A stretch of DNA of 64,000 nt from a virus. The translations under genes were made by a program, and so were the position numbers. The DNA is taken from IMG/VR virus record IMGVR_UViG_3300014656_000018, positions 1 through 64,000 of that record, one strand, 5' to 3'. Shown in pieces: positions 47,639 through 56,864 of this stretch (within the stretch, counting starts at the first letter, position 1; each line of letters starts with the position of its first letter). The notes beneath the pieces are model-generated. The model worked only from the letters and a program-made list of their open reading frames with translations. It made no database searches and had not been told where the DNA came from.

Positions 47639-48676
47639 ATGAGGGATGATAGTCGTAACCTTCTTCAAAGCTCTCTCACCATTGCTTCAGGATATAATGG
47701 TAACCTGACGCTGAGACAGCTTTACTACCGCCTTGTGGCAGGCGGAGTACTACCGAACGATACCAAAGCGTATAACAAGCTGGGTAGGCTACTGGTTGAT
47801 ACTCGACTTGGGGGACAGTTTCCGCTGGAGTGGCTTATGGACCGCACCAGGGAATCGCGGAAAGGTGATATAACTGAAACCTATACTAGCATAAATGCGG
47901 CGATGCGTACAACCAAGACATGGGTGAAATATATACCTATAAGCTGTATTAGGCAATCCCGATGGAACAATCAAGCCGAGTATGTGCTTGTTGCTGTTGA
48001 GAAAGAGGCTCTGGCTGGAGTCTTTGAGGGTCCTTGTAAGCAGCTTGGGGTTCCGTGGTTGGTCTGTCGGGGCTACCCATCAGTCTCGACGGTATATCAG
48101 ATGGTAAAACAGTATAGAGAAGCGACAAGGCATCGAGATGCTTTCTTTGATCGCTTCATCATCATTTATTTCGGCGACCACGATCCGGATGGGCTGGAAA
48201 TTCCTGAAGCGTTAGCGCGGCAGGCTGCGGCTATTCTTGATCGCATTGAGATTGATAGCGAAAATGAGGCTAATCCGGATTCCCGCAAAGGCAGCATTGA
48301 TGATCAGGCTGAGGCCGAAGAGTTAATATGGATGAGTGGTGCTCCTCGACCAGAGATTGAGCGAGTGGCTCTCACTATAGAGCAGATAGAGGAGTTCAAC
48401 CCACCTCCTTTTCCCGCCAAGGTTACTAGCAGTCGCTTTGCTAATTATCAGGAGAAGACCGGTCTCAGCGACGCCTGGGAGCTGGATGCTCTCGACCCTC
48501 ACGTGCTGGAGGATCTGATCTATAACTCGGTTAGCCCACATTTCAGTGAGGAAATATGGCAGGAGGGTCTTGAGAATGTTTTCTCTCTACGTAAAACATT
48601 CACCCAAGAGCTTATAAACACTCCGTGGGTAGCCGAAGCACTCCAAGATGTTGATCTCAAGCCGGAAATGGAGTGA
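47639..48676 (+). CDS. Top6A/Spo11-like winged-helix + TOPRIM protein
   Basis: TLRQLYYRL; AVEKEA; RGYPS; YFGDHDPDG; WELDAL. Confidence 0.7.
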   Translation: MRDDSRNLLQSSLTIASGYNGNLTLRQLYYRLVAGGVLPNDTKAYNKLGRLLVDTRLGGQFPLEWLMDRTRESRKGDITETYTSINAAMRTTKTWVKYIPISCIRQSRWNNQAEYVLVAVEKEALAGVFEGPCKQLGVPWLVCRGYPSVSTVYQMVKQYREATRHRDAFFDRFIIIYFGDHDPDGLEIPEALARQAAAILDRIEIDSENEANPDSRKGSIDDQAEAEELIWMSGAPRPEIERVALTIEQIEEFNPPPFPAKVTSSRFANYQEKTGLSDAWELDALDPHVLEDLIYNSVSPHFSEEIWQEGLENVFSLRKTFTQELINTPWVAEALQDVDLKPEME

Positions 48677-48691
48677 ATTAGTACTATAGAC

Positions 48692-48724
48692 AGTGGGGGG
48701 GAGGATTATCTCCCCCCCACTTTT
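48692..48724 (+). terminator. Intrinsic terminator
   Basis: AGTGGGGGGGAG/CTCCCCCCCACT stem plus T run. Confidence 0.75.
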
Positions 48725-48732
48725 CCGGAGAT

Positions 48733-50670
48733 GTGATGGCATTCAAGCTTGGTATACCGAGGGCTGTATACATTGGTGATGAAGACCAAGCTATCCGACT
48801 GCTTCTTCGTTTACCCGGCTGGAAAGTAGTTGGTCTGGACACAGAAACGGATGGCTTGAATAGAATGCAGGCTCAGATTGCTTACTGGAGCCTGGCCAAT
48901 GAGGAGGAGCGTTACTGTATTCCCCGGAGTCTGTTACACCTATTCAAGGATTTCCTGGAGGACAGAAAGGTAGAGTTTGCGGATCACAATGCAAACTTCG
49001 ATGCACATATGATGGCCAACGCCGGTATCGCATACGCCAGTGATAGAATTGTGGCTAACCGCTATGACACCATGACCATGCATACCTTGATAGATGATAC
49101 CAGTCCACACTCTCTGGATTACATAACGGTTAACCTCCTGGAGATTCCAGGAGGTAAGTTGTTTTCCTTCAAGGAGAGGTTTGGGAAAGTACCAATACAT
49201 GAGATCATCCCAGGACATTCCCTATTTGAGGACATGGTGGACTATGCCAGCTTTGATGCCTGGCTACACCTGCAGGCATTTCTCCATATAAAAGATAGAA
49301 TGCAGGAAGAGGAAACATACTTCGGTACCATGTGGGATTACTATAAAACACTGGAGTGTCCTCTTCACGATGTGATTTTCAACATGGAGAGACGGGGTGT
49401 CATGATAAATAAGGGCTACCTGATTCCCCAAAGGAAGGTAGCTGAGAAGCTCATGAATGATGCCTTGGAGGGACTGGCCAAGGTAGCGGGCAGATATATA
49501 AATCCAGCCTCTGTCCCACAGATGAGAGATCTTTTCTATGAGCAGTTTGGTATGCCCATCAAGAAAAAGACCAAAGGTGGGAAGAGTGGTAATCAGCAGG
49601 GAGCCACAGATGAAGAGGTACTGTCAGGGTGGGCTACAAGAAAGGATAAAGTAGGGGAAGCATCCAGGCTGGTGCTTGAGTACCGGCAACACAACAAGCT
49701 CCTCGGTACCTATATCAACGGGATGATTGATAGAATAGATCCAAGAACTGGTAGGATACACAGTACCTTTACTCAACATGTTGCACGTACTGGGAGACTT
49801 TCCTCTAAAGATCCCAACCTTCAGAATCTACCTAGACCGGAAAATGATCCATACGGATTGAGAAAGGCCTTCATTCCGGAGGTTGGCGAGCGGTTGGAAG
49901 ACGATTGGGTATTACTTCTCGGGGACTATTCTCAGGTCGAGATGATGTTGGCAGCTTCTGACAGCGGAGACGCCAACATGCTCAAAGCCATACACAATGG
50001 CATGGATCTGCACTGTAACAGCGTATCTCTCATGTTTGGTGTCCCATATGAGAAGGTAAAGGCTGCCAAGAAGAAAAAGGATCAGGGACTGGCTCTTACC
50101 GCAGATGAGAAAAGGTGCTGCTTGCTGAGGCAGCAATGCAAGACAATCGGCTTTGGTATACTCTATGGAGAGGGACCCAAGAAGCTCTCAGAGCAGCTGG
50201 AAATATCCTTTGAGGAAGCAAAGAGGCTGCAGAACCAATATTTCCGGGCCTTTCCAACGCTGAAGCAGCATATTGAAGATGTTGGAAGGATTGCAGAAGA
50301 ATCAAATGTAGCCATTACCACCATGGGCAGAAGAAGACGTCTGGAGAATGCCAGTAACTATAGTATTGGCGCAAAGCGTGAGAGATTTGAGGCATTGAGA
50401 CAGGCGTTCAACTTCACTGTTCAGGGATTTGCTGCTGAGATTGTAAAGCTGGCAATGCTTGAATGTGCAAGGGATAGAGAGCTGAGAGAGCTGAACTGCC
50501 ACCTACTTTTGCAGGTTCATGATGAGCTGGTGTTCGAGTGTCCACCAACAAGCGTGAAAAGAGCGTCCAGCATAATCAAGGACTGTATGCTAGGGGTTTG
50601 TCCTGATTTACTGCAGGTGAACCTAAACACAGATATTGGTGGTGGAAGAAACTGGCAAGAGGCCAAGTAG
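48733..50670 (+). CDS. polA: DNA polymerase family A with 3'-5' exonuclease
   Basis: DTET, HNANFD, YASFD; TGRLSS..PNLQN; DYSQVE; KTIGFGILYG; QVHDE. Confidence 0.95.
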   Translation: MMAFKLGIPRAVYIGDEDQAIRLLLRLPGWKVVGLDTETDGLNRMQAQIAYWSLANEEERYCIPRSLLHLFKDFLEDRKVEFADHNANFDAHMMANAGIAYASDRIVANRYDTMTMHTLIDDTSPHSLDYITVNLLEIPGGKLFSFKERFGKVPIHEIIPGHSLFEDMVDYASFDAWLHLQAFLHIKDRMQEEETYFGTMWDYYKTLECPLHDVIFNMERRGVMINKGYLIPQRKVAEKLMNDALEGLAKVAGRYINPASVPQMRDLFYEQFGMPIKKKTKGGKSGNQQGATDEEVLSGWATRKDKVGEASRLVLEYRQHNKLLGTYINGMIDRIDPRTGRIHSTFTQHVARTGRLSSKDPNLQNLPRPENDPYGLRKAFIPEVGERLEDDWVLLLGDYSQVEMMLAASDSGDANMLKAIHNGMDLHCNSVSLMFGVPYEKVKAAKKKKDQGLALTADEKRCCLLRQQCKTIGFGILYGEGPKKLSEQLEISFEEAKRLQNQYFRAFPTLKQHIEDVGRIAEESNVAITTMGRRRRLENASNYSIGAKRERFEALRQAFNFTVQGFAAEIVKLAMLECARDRELRELNCHLLLQVHDELVFECPPTSVKRASSIIKDCMLGVCPDLLQVNLNTDIGGGRNWQEAK

Positions 50671-50678
50671 GAGATCTC

Positions 50679-50834
50679 ATGGCTGATAATGATGAAGGCA
50701 TGACTAAATATGCTGTAGAAGTTGAGAAAGAGAAAAATAAGGAGGAGAAGAATAAGACTGCAGGTGAGAAAAATTCCAAAATAAACGTTCCTTGGACAGA
50801 GAAGGATGGCACAAAGCCCTTCGAGAAGAAGTAA
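50679..50834 (+). CDS. 51-aa charged protein (not in ORF track)
   Basis: AGGAG RBS; MADNDEGMTKYAVEVEKEKNKEEKNKTAGEKNSKINVPWTEKDGTKPFEKK; TAATG coupling to recA. Confidence 0.6.
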   Translation: MADNDEGMTKYAVEVEKEKNKEEKNKTAGEKNSKINVPWTEKDGTKPFEKK

Positions 50835-52147
50835 TGGCTCGGGGCAAGAAGAAAGCCGAGAAGGTAATAGAGCCTTCTCCTGAAGATGTTGGAGATGGTG
50901 TAGAGGAGCAGGCAGATGCGCCTGTCAGCGAGAAAAAGCTGGTAGATATAGAGCCGGAAGCTCAGAAGGGTACTTCTGTAGATACCCTCGTAGCCCGAGT
51001 CAATAAAGCTCTGAAGGGTAAAGCTATAGTAAGAAAAGCCAGTGATAGAACCTACCAGTACAATATACGCAGACCCTTTGGTATACTATCTCTGGATCTT
51101 GCTGTTGGTGGTGGTCTTCCTGCCGGATCTATCTGCCAGATATATGGTCCGGAAGGGGTAGGGAAAAACTACCTCATGAACTGCCTCATACGTGAATGTC
51201 AAAAGCACTATGGAGCAGCTGCAGCTATAGCCTACACCAGCTTCGAGTACGGGTATGACAAGGCCTTTGGTTGGCACTGTGGCGTGAGAGTAGCACTCAG
51301 TCAACCAGAACTTGATGACTATATACAGGATCTGGGTAGAAAGCCAACCCCTGATGAGCTGAAAGAGGTTCAGGAACAGATAGGGGAGTTCTTCATCATA
51401 GATGTCGGGGAGCAAGGATCAGATGTTCCCGCAGAAGCAAAGTTGGAAGCAGTACTTGAGCTTCTCAGCTCTGGAGTCTTTCAGCTTATTCTCATAGATG
51501 GGCTGGGGGCTTTCTCTGGAAAGGGTGCACGGCTCAAGGAGGAGGGAGAGAGGAGACATCTGGATGAGAATAAGAAGGTTGCCGCCAATGCCGGACTGAT
51601 GACGGACTTCCTCTCCGAGGCATTTACCCAGCTGAGCATGCCTACCGAGGACGGCGGTATGAACCAGACAACTATGGTTCTAAATAATCAACAGAGAGCT
51701 AATATAACAACCGGTATGAATCCATTTCTGGCCAGGATGGCTCCCAAGACCAGGGTGGGTGGTGGCTATGCTTTGGGACACGCAAAAGCGATCGACATCC
51801 ATCTGCGGAGCACAAAGAAGATAAATGTAAGTGGAAGGGCTGCAGGTAAGATTGTCGCCTGGAATATCCAGAAGGGTAAGCTAGGGACACATGAGGGGAT
51901 AGAGGGGGAGTTTGAATATCTTTTCTCCGATGGTGCCAACTGGAGAGCTGATGTTATAGCAACTGCTAAAACAATGAAACTCATTACCAGCAGAGGAAAG
52001 TTGATTTATGTTCCCGATAAAGAAAATGGAATAAGTAAGGAGGATCTAGAGGCTTACTACGATGAGGGTCCTGAGCAAGAGGGTAGAATAAGCACTCTTA
52101 TTGAGACCTGCATGAAGCAGGCAGGTCTCAGGGTTCGGTACCGATGA
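50834..52147 (+). CDS. recA: RecA-like recombinase
   Basis: SLDLAVGGGLPAG...YGPEGVGK; LIDG; NQQR; GGYALGH; start ATG 50834. Confidence 0.9.
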   Translation: MARGKKKAEKVIEPSPEDVGDGVEEQADAPVSEKKLVDIEPEAQKGTSVDTLVARVNKALKGKAIVRKASDRTYQYNIRRPFGILSLDLAVGGGLPAGSICQIYGPEGVGKNYLMNCLIRECQKHYGAAAAIAYTSFEYGYDKAFGWHCGVRVALSQPELDDYIQDLGRKPTPDELKEVQEQIGEFFIIDVGEQGSDVPAEAKLEAVLELLSSGVFQLILIDGLGAFSGKGARLKEEGERRHLDENKKVAANAGLMTDFLSEAFTQLSMPTEDGGMNQTTMVLNNQQRANITTGMNPFLARMAPKTRVGGGYALGHAKAIDIHLRSTKKINVSGRAAGKIVAWNIQKGKLGTHEGIEGEFEYLFSDGANWRADVIATAKTMKLITSRGKLIYVPDKENGISKEDLEAYYDEGPEQEGRISTLIETCMKQAGLRVRYR

Positions 52148-52455
52148 AAAGGGGAAGTGAGATAAAGGTCGCCAAGGATATCGGAGCTGGAAAGCCTCAA
52201 CCGGGATCCGGAGCACCTTGGGGATACAAAGGTGACGTCCGACTGCATGGGGTTGTCAGGGTGCAGGATAAAGAGACATCCAAGAAGTCCTACCCCATAA
52301 AGGTGGAAGATTGGTTGGAGATTGAGGAGCAGGCACTGAAGACCTCTGAGATTCCTTCATTCACCATTAACTTCAGTAAACACAAGATCAGGCTAGCTGT
52401 TATAAGCTATGAGGACTGGTTGGAGTTCGTGGAACACATCAAGAACAAGAAGTAA
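52144..52455 (+). CDS. PD-(D/E)xK Holliday junction resolvase-like nuclease
   Basis: E...A...PGSGA...KGDV...QDK. Confidence 0.65.
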   Translation: MKRGSEIKVAKDIGAGKPQPGSGAPWGYKGDVRLHGVVRVQDKETSKKSYPIKVEDWLEIEEQALKTSEIPSFTINFSKHKIRLAVISYEDWLEFVEHIKNKK

Positions 52456-52461
52456 GATTAT

Positions 52462-52713
52462 ATGAACAAAGAAGCATACAAATGTATAGGTAAAAAAGAC
52501 ATGAAATGTCTTCTGGAAGATAAATTAAACGCTCTCTGCTCCGCCAAAGAAGTAGTTCGGGTACTGGAAAGGGACTACATACAAGCGCTTAGATGTGCTA
52601 CAGAAAGCGGGTGTCACCCCGAAGCCGAGATTGCTTTCGGTATTTGGGAAAACAGTAAATATAACCAAATGGCTTCGACGAGTGGCTTCTCGGTTGATCC
52701 TCTAGATGAATAG
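52462..52713 (+). CDS. Hypothetical protein
   Basis: ORF within the operon. Confidence 0.5.
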   Translation: MNKEAYKCIGKKDMKCLLEDKLNALCSAKEVVRVLERDYIQALRCATESGCHPEAEIAFGIWENSKYNQMASTSGFSVDPLDE

Positions 52714-52721
52714 GATTTGTA

Positions 52722-53447
52722 ATGGATAAAGACCTACCTCTCCGGAACATAGACAACCTGAAAGCTCTTACCAGATCCCAGGTACAAGAAGTAATTGAAG
52801 AAATACAGCTGGTAGAGGAAATAAACATATATTTGGATGCTATCAACAAGAAGGATGCTCGTAGAAGTACGGGATACTTCTCCCCCTCCTCTATACCATA
52901 CTGCGGTAGAGCTATGTACTATCAGAGATCCGGAGAGGTGCAGAACGAGTGCTTATTTCCCGGAACCAGAATCATCTTTGATATAGGAACTGCAATACAC
53001 GGAGTACTACAGGATTATATCACCAAGGCTCTGGGAGATGATTGCTTCCGTACAGAGGTATTCTGCAGGGATGATGAGCTACACCTCATAGGAAGTGCTG
53101 ATGGTCTTCTGGATCTTCCATACGATAGAAGATTGCTGGAGATAAAATCTATATCACCTAAAGGCTTCAAGGGCTTGGCAAAACCAAAGTCAGAGCACCT
53201 GATGCAAGCACATTGCTATGCCTACATGCTTGATGCACCTATGCTGTGGTTCCTTTACTACGAGAAGAGTCTTGGGGAAATGCGTCTGTTCACAGAAACA
53301 TTTGATAAAAGAATATGGGGGAAGGTGACAGACAAGCTGGAAAGAATTGAACGGTGCGTTGAGAAAGGAAATCCTCCTCCCAAAGAGCTGGGATACACCT
53401 GCAAGGAGTGTAGATACTCTTGGTGCTGCGATCCCAACGCAGGTTAA
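52722..53447 (+). CDS. Cas4/RecB-like PD-(D/E)xK exonuclease with Fe-S cysteines
   Basis: SPSS..YC; GTAIH; GSADG; LEIKS; Q..CY; CKECRYSWCC. Confidence 0.85.
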   Translation: MDKDLPLRNIDNLKALTRSQVQEVIEEIQLVEEINIYLDAINKKDARRSTGYFSPSSIPYCGRAMYYQRSGEVQNECLFPGTRIIFDIGTAIHGVLQDYITKALGDDCFRTEVFCRDDELHLIGSADGLLDLPYDRRLLEIKSISPKGFKGLAKPKSEHLMQAHCYAYMLDAPMLWFLYYEKSLGEMRLFTETFDKRIWGKVTDKLERIERCVEKGNPPPKELGYTCKECRYSWCCDPNAG

Positions 53448-53449
53448 GC

Positions 53450-53989
53450 ATGTCAAAAATAGATACTGAGGTAGATCTCGATAGAGAGCTGGCAAAATAT
53501 GACAAGCTGCTAGACGACTTATGGGACGATCTGGGGAAGGAGGGGGTGGCTCTCCCAGATCAACCAGCAATAATGCCACAATGGCCAGCCAGCATAATGC
53601 GGTTGAGTGACCGGGAGATGTGGGAGATTCATGCTGACTTTCAAGAATTCTTCCGATATATCTCTGGCAGAGAGGCATATAGTAAAGCATATCTAGGCAT
53701 ATGTAAGGAGAAGACAGCCCTGGTTCGGGCCGCAATCAGAAAAAGATCAAATGGCCCCAATAAGGAAGTACGGGAAGATGTAACCACTCTTGATAGTCTC
53801 TATCAGCAGACAAGGCAGGAGGAGGTGTATTGGGATACTCTGCATGGACTCCATACGAGGCTCAGAGAAATTTTTGATGATGATGTAAAAGCTCTTTCCA
53901 GGCAACTGAACAGAGTGGACACGGATAACAAAAACATTGGTAGGTCTGTAAATGTAGGGAATATGAGAGGTGGGAGATATCACAGATGA
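53450..53989 (+). CDS. Helical protein, possibly a UvsY-like recombination mediator
   Basis: Long helices ending KALSRQL; lies near RecA and nucleases. Confidence 0.45.
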   Translation: MSKIDTEVDLDRELAKYDKLLDDLWDDLGKEGVALPDQPAIMPQWPASIMRLSDREMWEIHADFQEFFRYISGREAYSKAYLGICKEKTALVRAAIRKRSNGPNKEVREDVTTLDSLYQQTRQEEVYWDTLHGLHTRLREIFDDDVKALSRQLNRVDTDNKNIGRSVNVGNMRGGRYHR

Positions 53990-54420
53990 TGATATTCTCT
54001 ATAGCTCTTCCACTACCTCCAAGCAGTAACAAAACACACAGGCGAAGAGGTCTAGGGAAGCCTGGACTGTTTCTGACCCCTGCAGCAAAACGGTATAAGA
54101 GATCCGTAATAAAAGCTGTGCTGGCAAAATGTGTTCACACATTGAAATATGTTGATCCAGAGAGCGCCTACTTTCTGACCTTGGTGTTTCATCTTGATGC
54201 AATAACCAAAGGATATCCAGGTAAGGCAAAACATAGATTCAGAATTATTGACCTATCTAACAGAGTCATCCTGCTTGAGAATGCAATAAAGGAAGTTACA
54301 GGCATAGACGACAGCAACACATTTGAACTGAACCTGATTAAAGTTCAGCTTAGAGAAGGAGAAAGCCCTTATGTAGAAGCTCATTATGGGAAGTTGGAGG
54401 AAGTGGATTGGCGACTATAA
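53986..54420 (+). CDS. rusA: RusA-like resolvase
   Basis: LPLPPSSN...DLSNRVILLENA...GIDDS. Confidence 0.75.
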   Translation: MMIFSIALPLPPSSNKTHRRRGLGKPGLFLTPAAKRYKRSVIKAVLAKCVHTLKYVDPESAYFLTLVFHLDAITKGYPGKAKHRFRIIDLSNRVILLENAIKEVTGIDDSNTFELNLIKVQLREGESPYVEAHYGKLEEVDWRL

Positions 54421-54794
54421 GAAAGAAAAGGACCAATAAGGCCGAAGAGAGATGTACTTTAGCATACTCATTCGTCCGCAAAGATGATATACAGCTGGAA
54501 GATTTGAATAAGGGAGAGCTTTTAGCTATATGCTCCCACATAGGTGAGCCTGCTTTTCGAGGCCTTAGCAAAACAGACCTGGTTCAGATAACTGAGGGGA
54601 GACGGATAAAGCCTGTTATACCACCGCTGGACAGACTAAGAGACAAGCTGATAGCTTTCATACAGCTCTATTGGGATAGTATAAAGTATCAGCTACCAGC
54701 CGGTTGTACCGGAATGTGTTATCAATGCAGTGATATGAAGATGTTGGTGTGTTACACAGAGAACAGAGAGCATCTGTTCAAGAGCAGGAGGTAG
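54408..54794 (+). CDS. HeH (Rho-N-like) protein with a Cys cluster
   Basis: LNKGELLAIC...LSKTDLVQI; CTGMCYQC...CY. Confidence 0.55.
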   Translation: MATIRKKRTNKAEERCTLAYSFVRKDDIQLEDLNKGELLAICSHIGEPAFRGLSKTDLVQITEGRRIKPVIPPLDRLRDKLIAFIQLYWDSIKYQLPAGCTGMCYQCSDMKMLVCYTENREHLFKSRR

Positions 54795-54796
54795 CT

Positions 54797-55342
54797 TTGA
54801 TTACTGAAGCCGAGCTTATCGAGATGCCCCGTATTCAGCTACGTAAGCAAGCCATAGCAGCCGGTATGGAGGTCGTAGCTTCTGCTACAGCCCCAAAGGA
54901 AGAGTTGGTCAAGTTTGTTCTGGACTCTCAGGGAGATTCAGGGGAGAGCAGTGGTAGAGCAAAGAAAAGTGTGAGGGGAAAGAAAGCTGCTCCTCCCGAG
55001 CCTCTGTCCGATGAGGAAAAGGGGGCAGCTGATGGTGTAGCTGAAGAGAGGAGATCTCCGGGCAGACCAAAGAAGGCTACAGAGGAGGATTCAAAGGCCA
55101 GCGACGATAAGGGGCTTATGAAAGATCTCCTGAATCGGGTGGATACCATCGGTACAGTTCTGGATAATATGAGGAAGAACCAGGAGGCAGACAGCGCGGA
55201 GATAGAGAAGATGGCAGCTGCTATTTCTGCCATGGAGCTTCAGCTGGCAGATATTCACAAGGCCACCTTCTGGGTATATAACGGTGCCTTTGATGTTGCC
55301 AAGAACTATGACGAGATTGAAGACGCCCCGGAGGCCGAGTAG
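54797..55342 (+). CDS. Protein with HeH domain, charged linker and coiled coil
   Basis: AGGAGG RBS, TTG start; MPRIQLRKQAIAAG...KEELVKFVL. Confidence 0.65.
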   Translation: MITEAELIEMPRIQLRKQAIAAGMEVVASATAPKEELVKFVLDSQGDSGESSGRAKKSVRGKKAAPPEPLSDEEKGAADGVAEERRSPGRPKKATEEDSKASDDKGLMKDLLNRVDTIGTVLDNMRKNQEADSAEIEKMAAAISAMELQLADIHKATFWVYNGAFDVAKNYDEIEDAPEAE

Positions 55343-55390
55343 CTAACACTGCCTGTAAGAGATGGTGCGAGAGTGTTATGTGAAAGCCAA

Positions 55391-55531
55391 ATGCTATTCA
55401 TCCCGGAGGACAAAGTAGCAGACCTACTGTGGCCAGATATAGCAAAGCTGGCCAAGAAGATCGGTGCTGAGGTAGAAAGAGATTTTTCCAAAGAGCAGAT
55501 AGTAAGAGCATTTAGAAGAGCCTGCGTATAA
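55391..55531 (+). CDS. 46-aa HeH-like protein (not in ORF track)
   Basis: MLFIPEDKVADLLWPDIAKLAKKIGAEVERDFSKEQIVRAFRRACV; ends just before a terminator. Confidence 0.5.
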   Translation: MLFIPEDKVADLLWPDIAKLAKKIGAEVERDFSKEQIVRAFRRACV

Positions 55532-55538
55532 AGGTCAG

Positions 55539-55571
55539 AAGAAGGGGGACGAAGAGTCCCCCTTCTTTTTT
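55539..55571. terminator. Terminator between convergent operons
   Basis: AAGAAGGGGGAC-GAAGA-GTCCCCCTTCTT-TTTT. Confidence 0.8.
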
Positions 55572-55573
55572 AC

Positions 55574-56017
55574 CTAATAAATGGAGACAAACAGAAGAGC
55601 TGTCATAAGTACTGAGACACCCACCCCTGCAACTCCCATAATTCTCCAGATATCTCTCCCACTCTCCAATGCATGAAGTTCCTCATCTCCGGACTCCCAC
55701 TTCCTGGTAATCAGATGAAGCTCCTCTTCCAAAAGGGCTTTATCCTCCTTTAGCAGCTCACCTATCCTCTGAGATCTGTACAGAGCTTCCTGTGTTTGAA
55801 CATCTCTCTTCTCCAGGAGATGAAGCTTCATCCTCTTTGTGTATAGCTCATAATCAAAATCCAGAAGGAGCTTATAATCCTCCAGCTGATAGCACTTATA
55901 GGTTCCACCATAGAGAACTATCTTCTCCCCCAGTGGAATTATCTTGGGAGCTACCGGCTGAGAAATTGCTATTAAGGGATAGAGAGAAAGTACAATAAAG
56001 ATGATATATCGTACCAC
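55574..56017 (-). CDS. Spanin-like protein (signal peptide, coiled coil, C-terminal TM)
   Basis: Topology, and position in the membrane-protein cluster. Confidence 0.5.
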   Translation of the reverse strand: MVRYIIFIVLSLYPLIAISQPVAPKIIPLGEKIVLYGGTYKCYQLEDYKLLLDFDYELYTKRMKLHLLEKRDVQTQEALYRSQRIGELLKEDKALLEEELHLITRKWESGDEELHALESGRDIWRIMGVAGVGVSVLMTALLFVSIY

Positions 56018-56018
56018 A

Positions 56019-56468
56019 TCAATCTCTTTTAGACCGGCACAGTATCACTGCTTCCTGTGCAGTCTTACCTAGATTCTGAAGCATATCCGTGTGTTTATCT
56101 TCATTCTGGACAATCTTTGCCAATAATTGATTAAGCCTCTCCTCCCTGCGCTCAGTTGAGCTATCACGCTTCTCATCTGCTGCAATCTGTGCTTCCTGTA
56201 CGCTGGCGAGACGGCCCAGTATCTGACCGATATCCAAGAGGTTGAAGCTGCCTGCTTTACCATTGAGCGGGGATGGTGTTGGGTTTTTATTCTCTATGCG
56301 TATATTGGCTCCGCCTGCTGTGGAGGAACCATCAGTAGCTATCATTCCTCCATTGGAGGCCTTATTGCTTCTAATTTGAGACCAGCTGATAACTCTAAGA
56401 CCAAGGGCAGCAAGACCGGGAAGGCTGGCAATAAACAGGAGAATATAGAGTTGGTCTGTTAAAAACAT
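56019..56468 (-). CDS. Membrane-anchored coiled-coil protein (holin-like)
   Basis: N-terminal TM YILLFIASLPGLAALGL. Confidence 0.5.
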   Translation of the reverse strand: MFLTDQLYILLFIASLPGLAALGLRVISWSQIRSNKASNGGMIATDGSSTAGGANIRIENKNPTPSPLNGKAGSFNLLDIGQILGRLASVQEAQIAADEKRDSSTERREERLNQLLAKIVQNEDKHTDMLQNLGKTAQEAVILCRSKRD

Positions 56469-56483
56469 GATAACATCTCCGGA

Positions 56484-56864
56484 CTAAAGAACATCATCCC
56501 AGCTATGGATGGAGGACAGCTTTTCTTTGAATCTTTGACACCCTGTGTCCAAATCCTTAATATGAGCATCTGTCCTCTCTCTTTCTTTCCGGAGAGTTTC
56601 TATCTCTCTCTCCAGGTCGAATCTATGCTTATCCGACACGTCAAGCTTATCGTAGACGTCCTTTCTCTGTCTAAGAGTATTCTCTAGCACATCCAGTTTG
56701 TGTGCTGCAGCTGTCCTATTTCTGCGGTTTAGAAAGACAAAGAATGTAACCACACCAACAACAAAAACAGCAGCTATGGACAGAAAGACAGCAGTATGCC
56801 AAGAGGTGGGTTTCTCAATAGTCCCACTGGCTCTTTCTATAAGGGTTTTCTGATCGTCCATCAA
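56484..56864 (-). CDS. i-spanin-like protein
   Basis: N-terminal TM plus long coiled coil. Confidence 0.5.
   Translation of the reverse strand: MMDDQKTLIERASGTIEKPTSWHTAVFLSIAAVFVVGVVTFFVFLNRRNRTAAAHKLDVLENTLRQRKDVYDKLDVSDKHRFDLEREIETLRKERERTDAHIKDLDTGCQRFKEKLSSIHSWDDVL

Noticed and set aside
52722-53447. CRISPR-Cas system suggested by the Cas4-like gene
   Set aside because: No repeat-spacer array or other cas genes seen; solo Cas4-like nucleases are common in phage recombination modules.
55340-55342. Amber (TAG) recoding, suggested by in-frame continuation after TAG at 55340 and at 482-484
   Set aside because: TAG ends many genes directly before terminators or out-of-frame starts (12448, 14117, 6451, 1895), and long genes are intact under the standard code; in-frame neighbours arise by chance one time in three.
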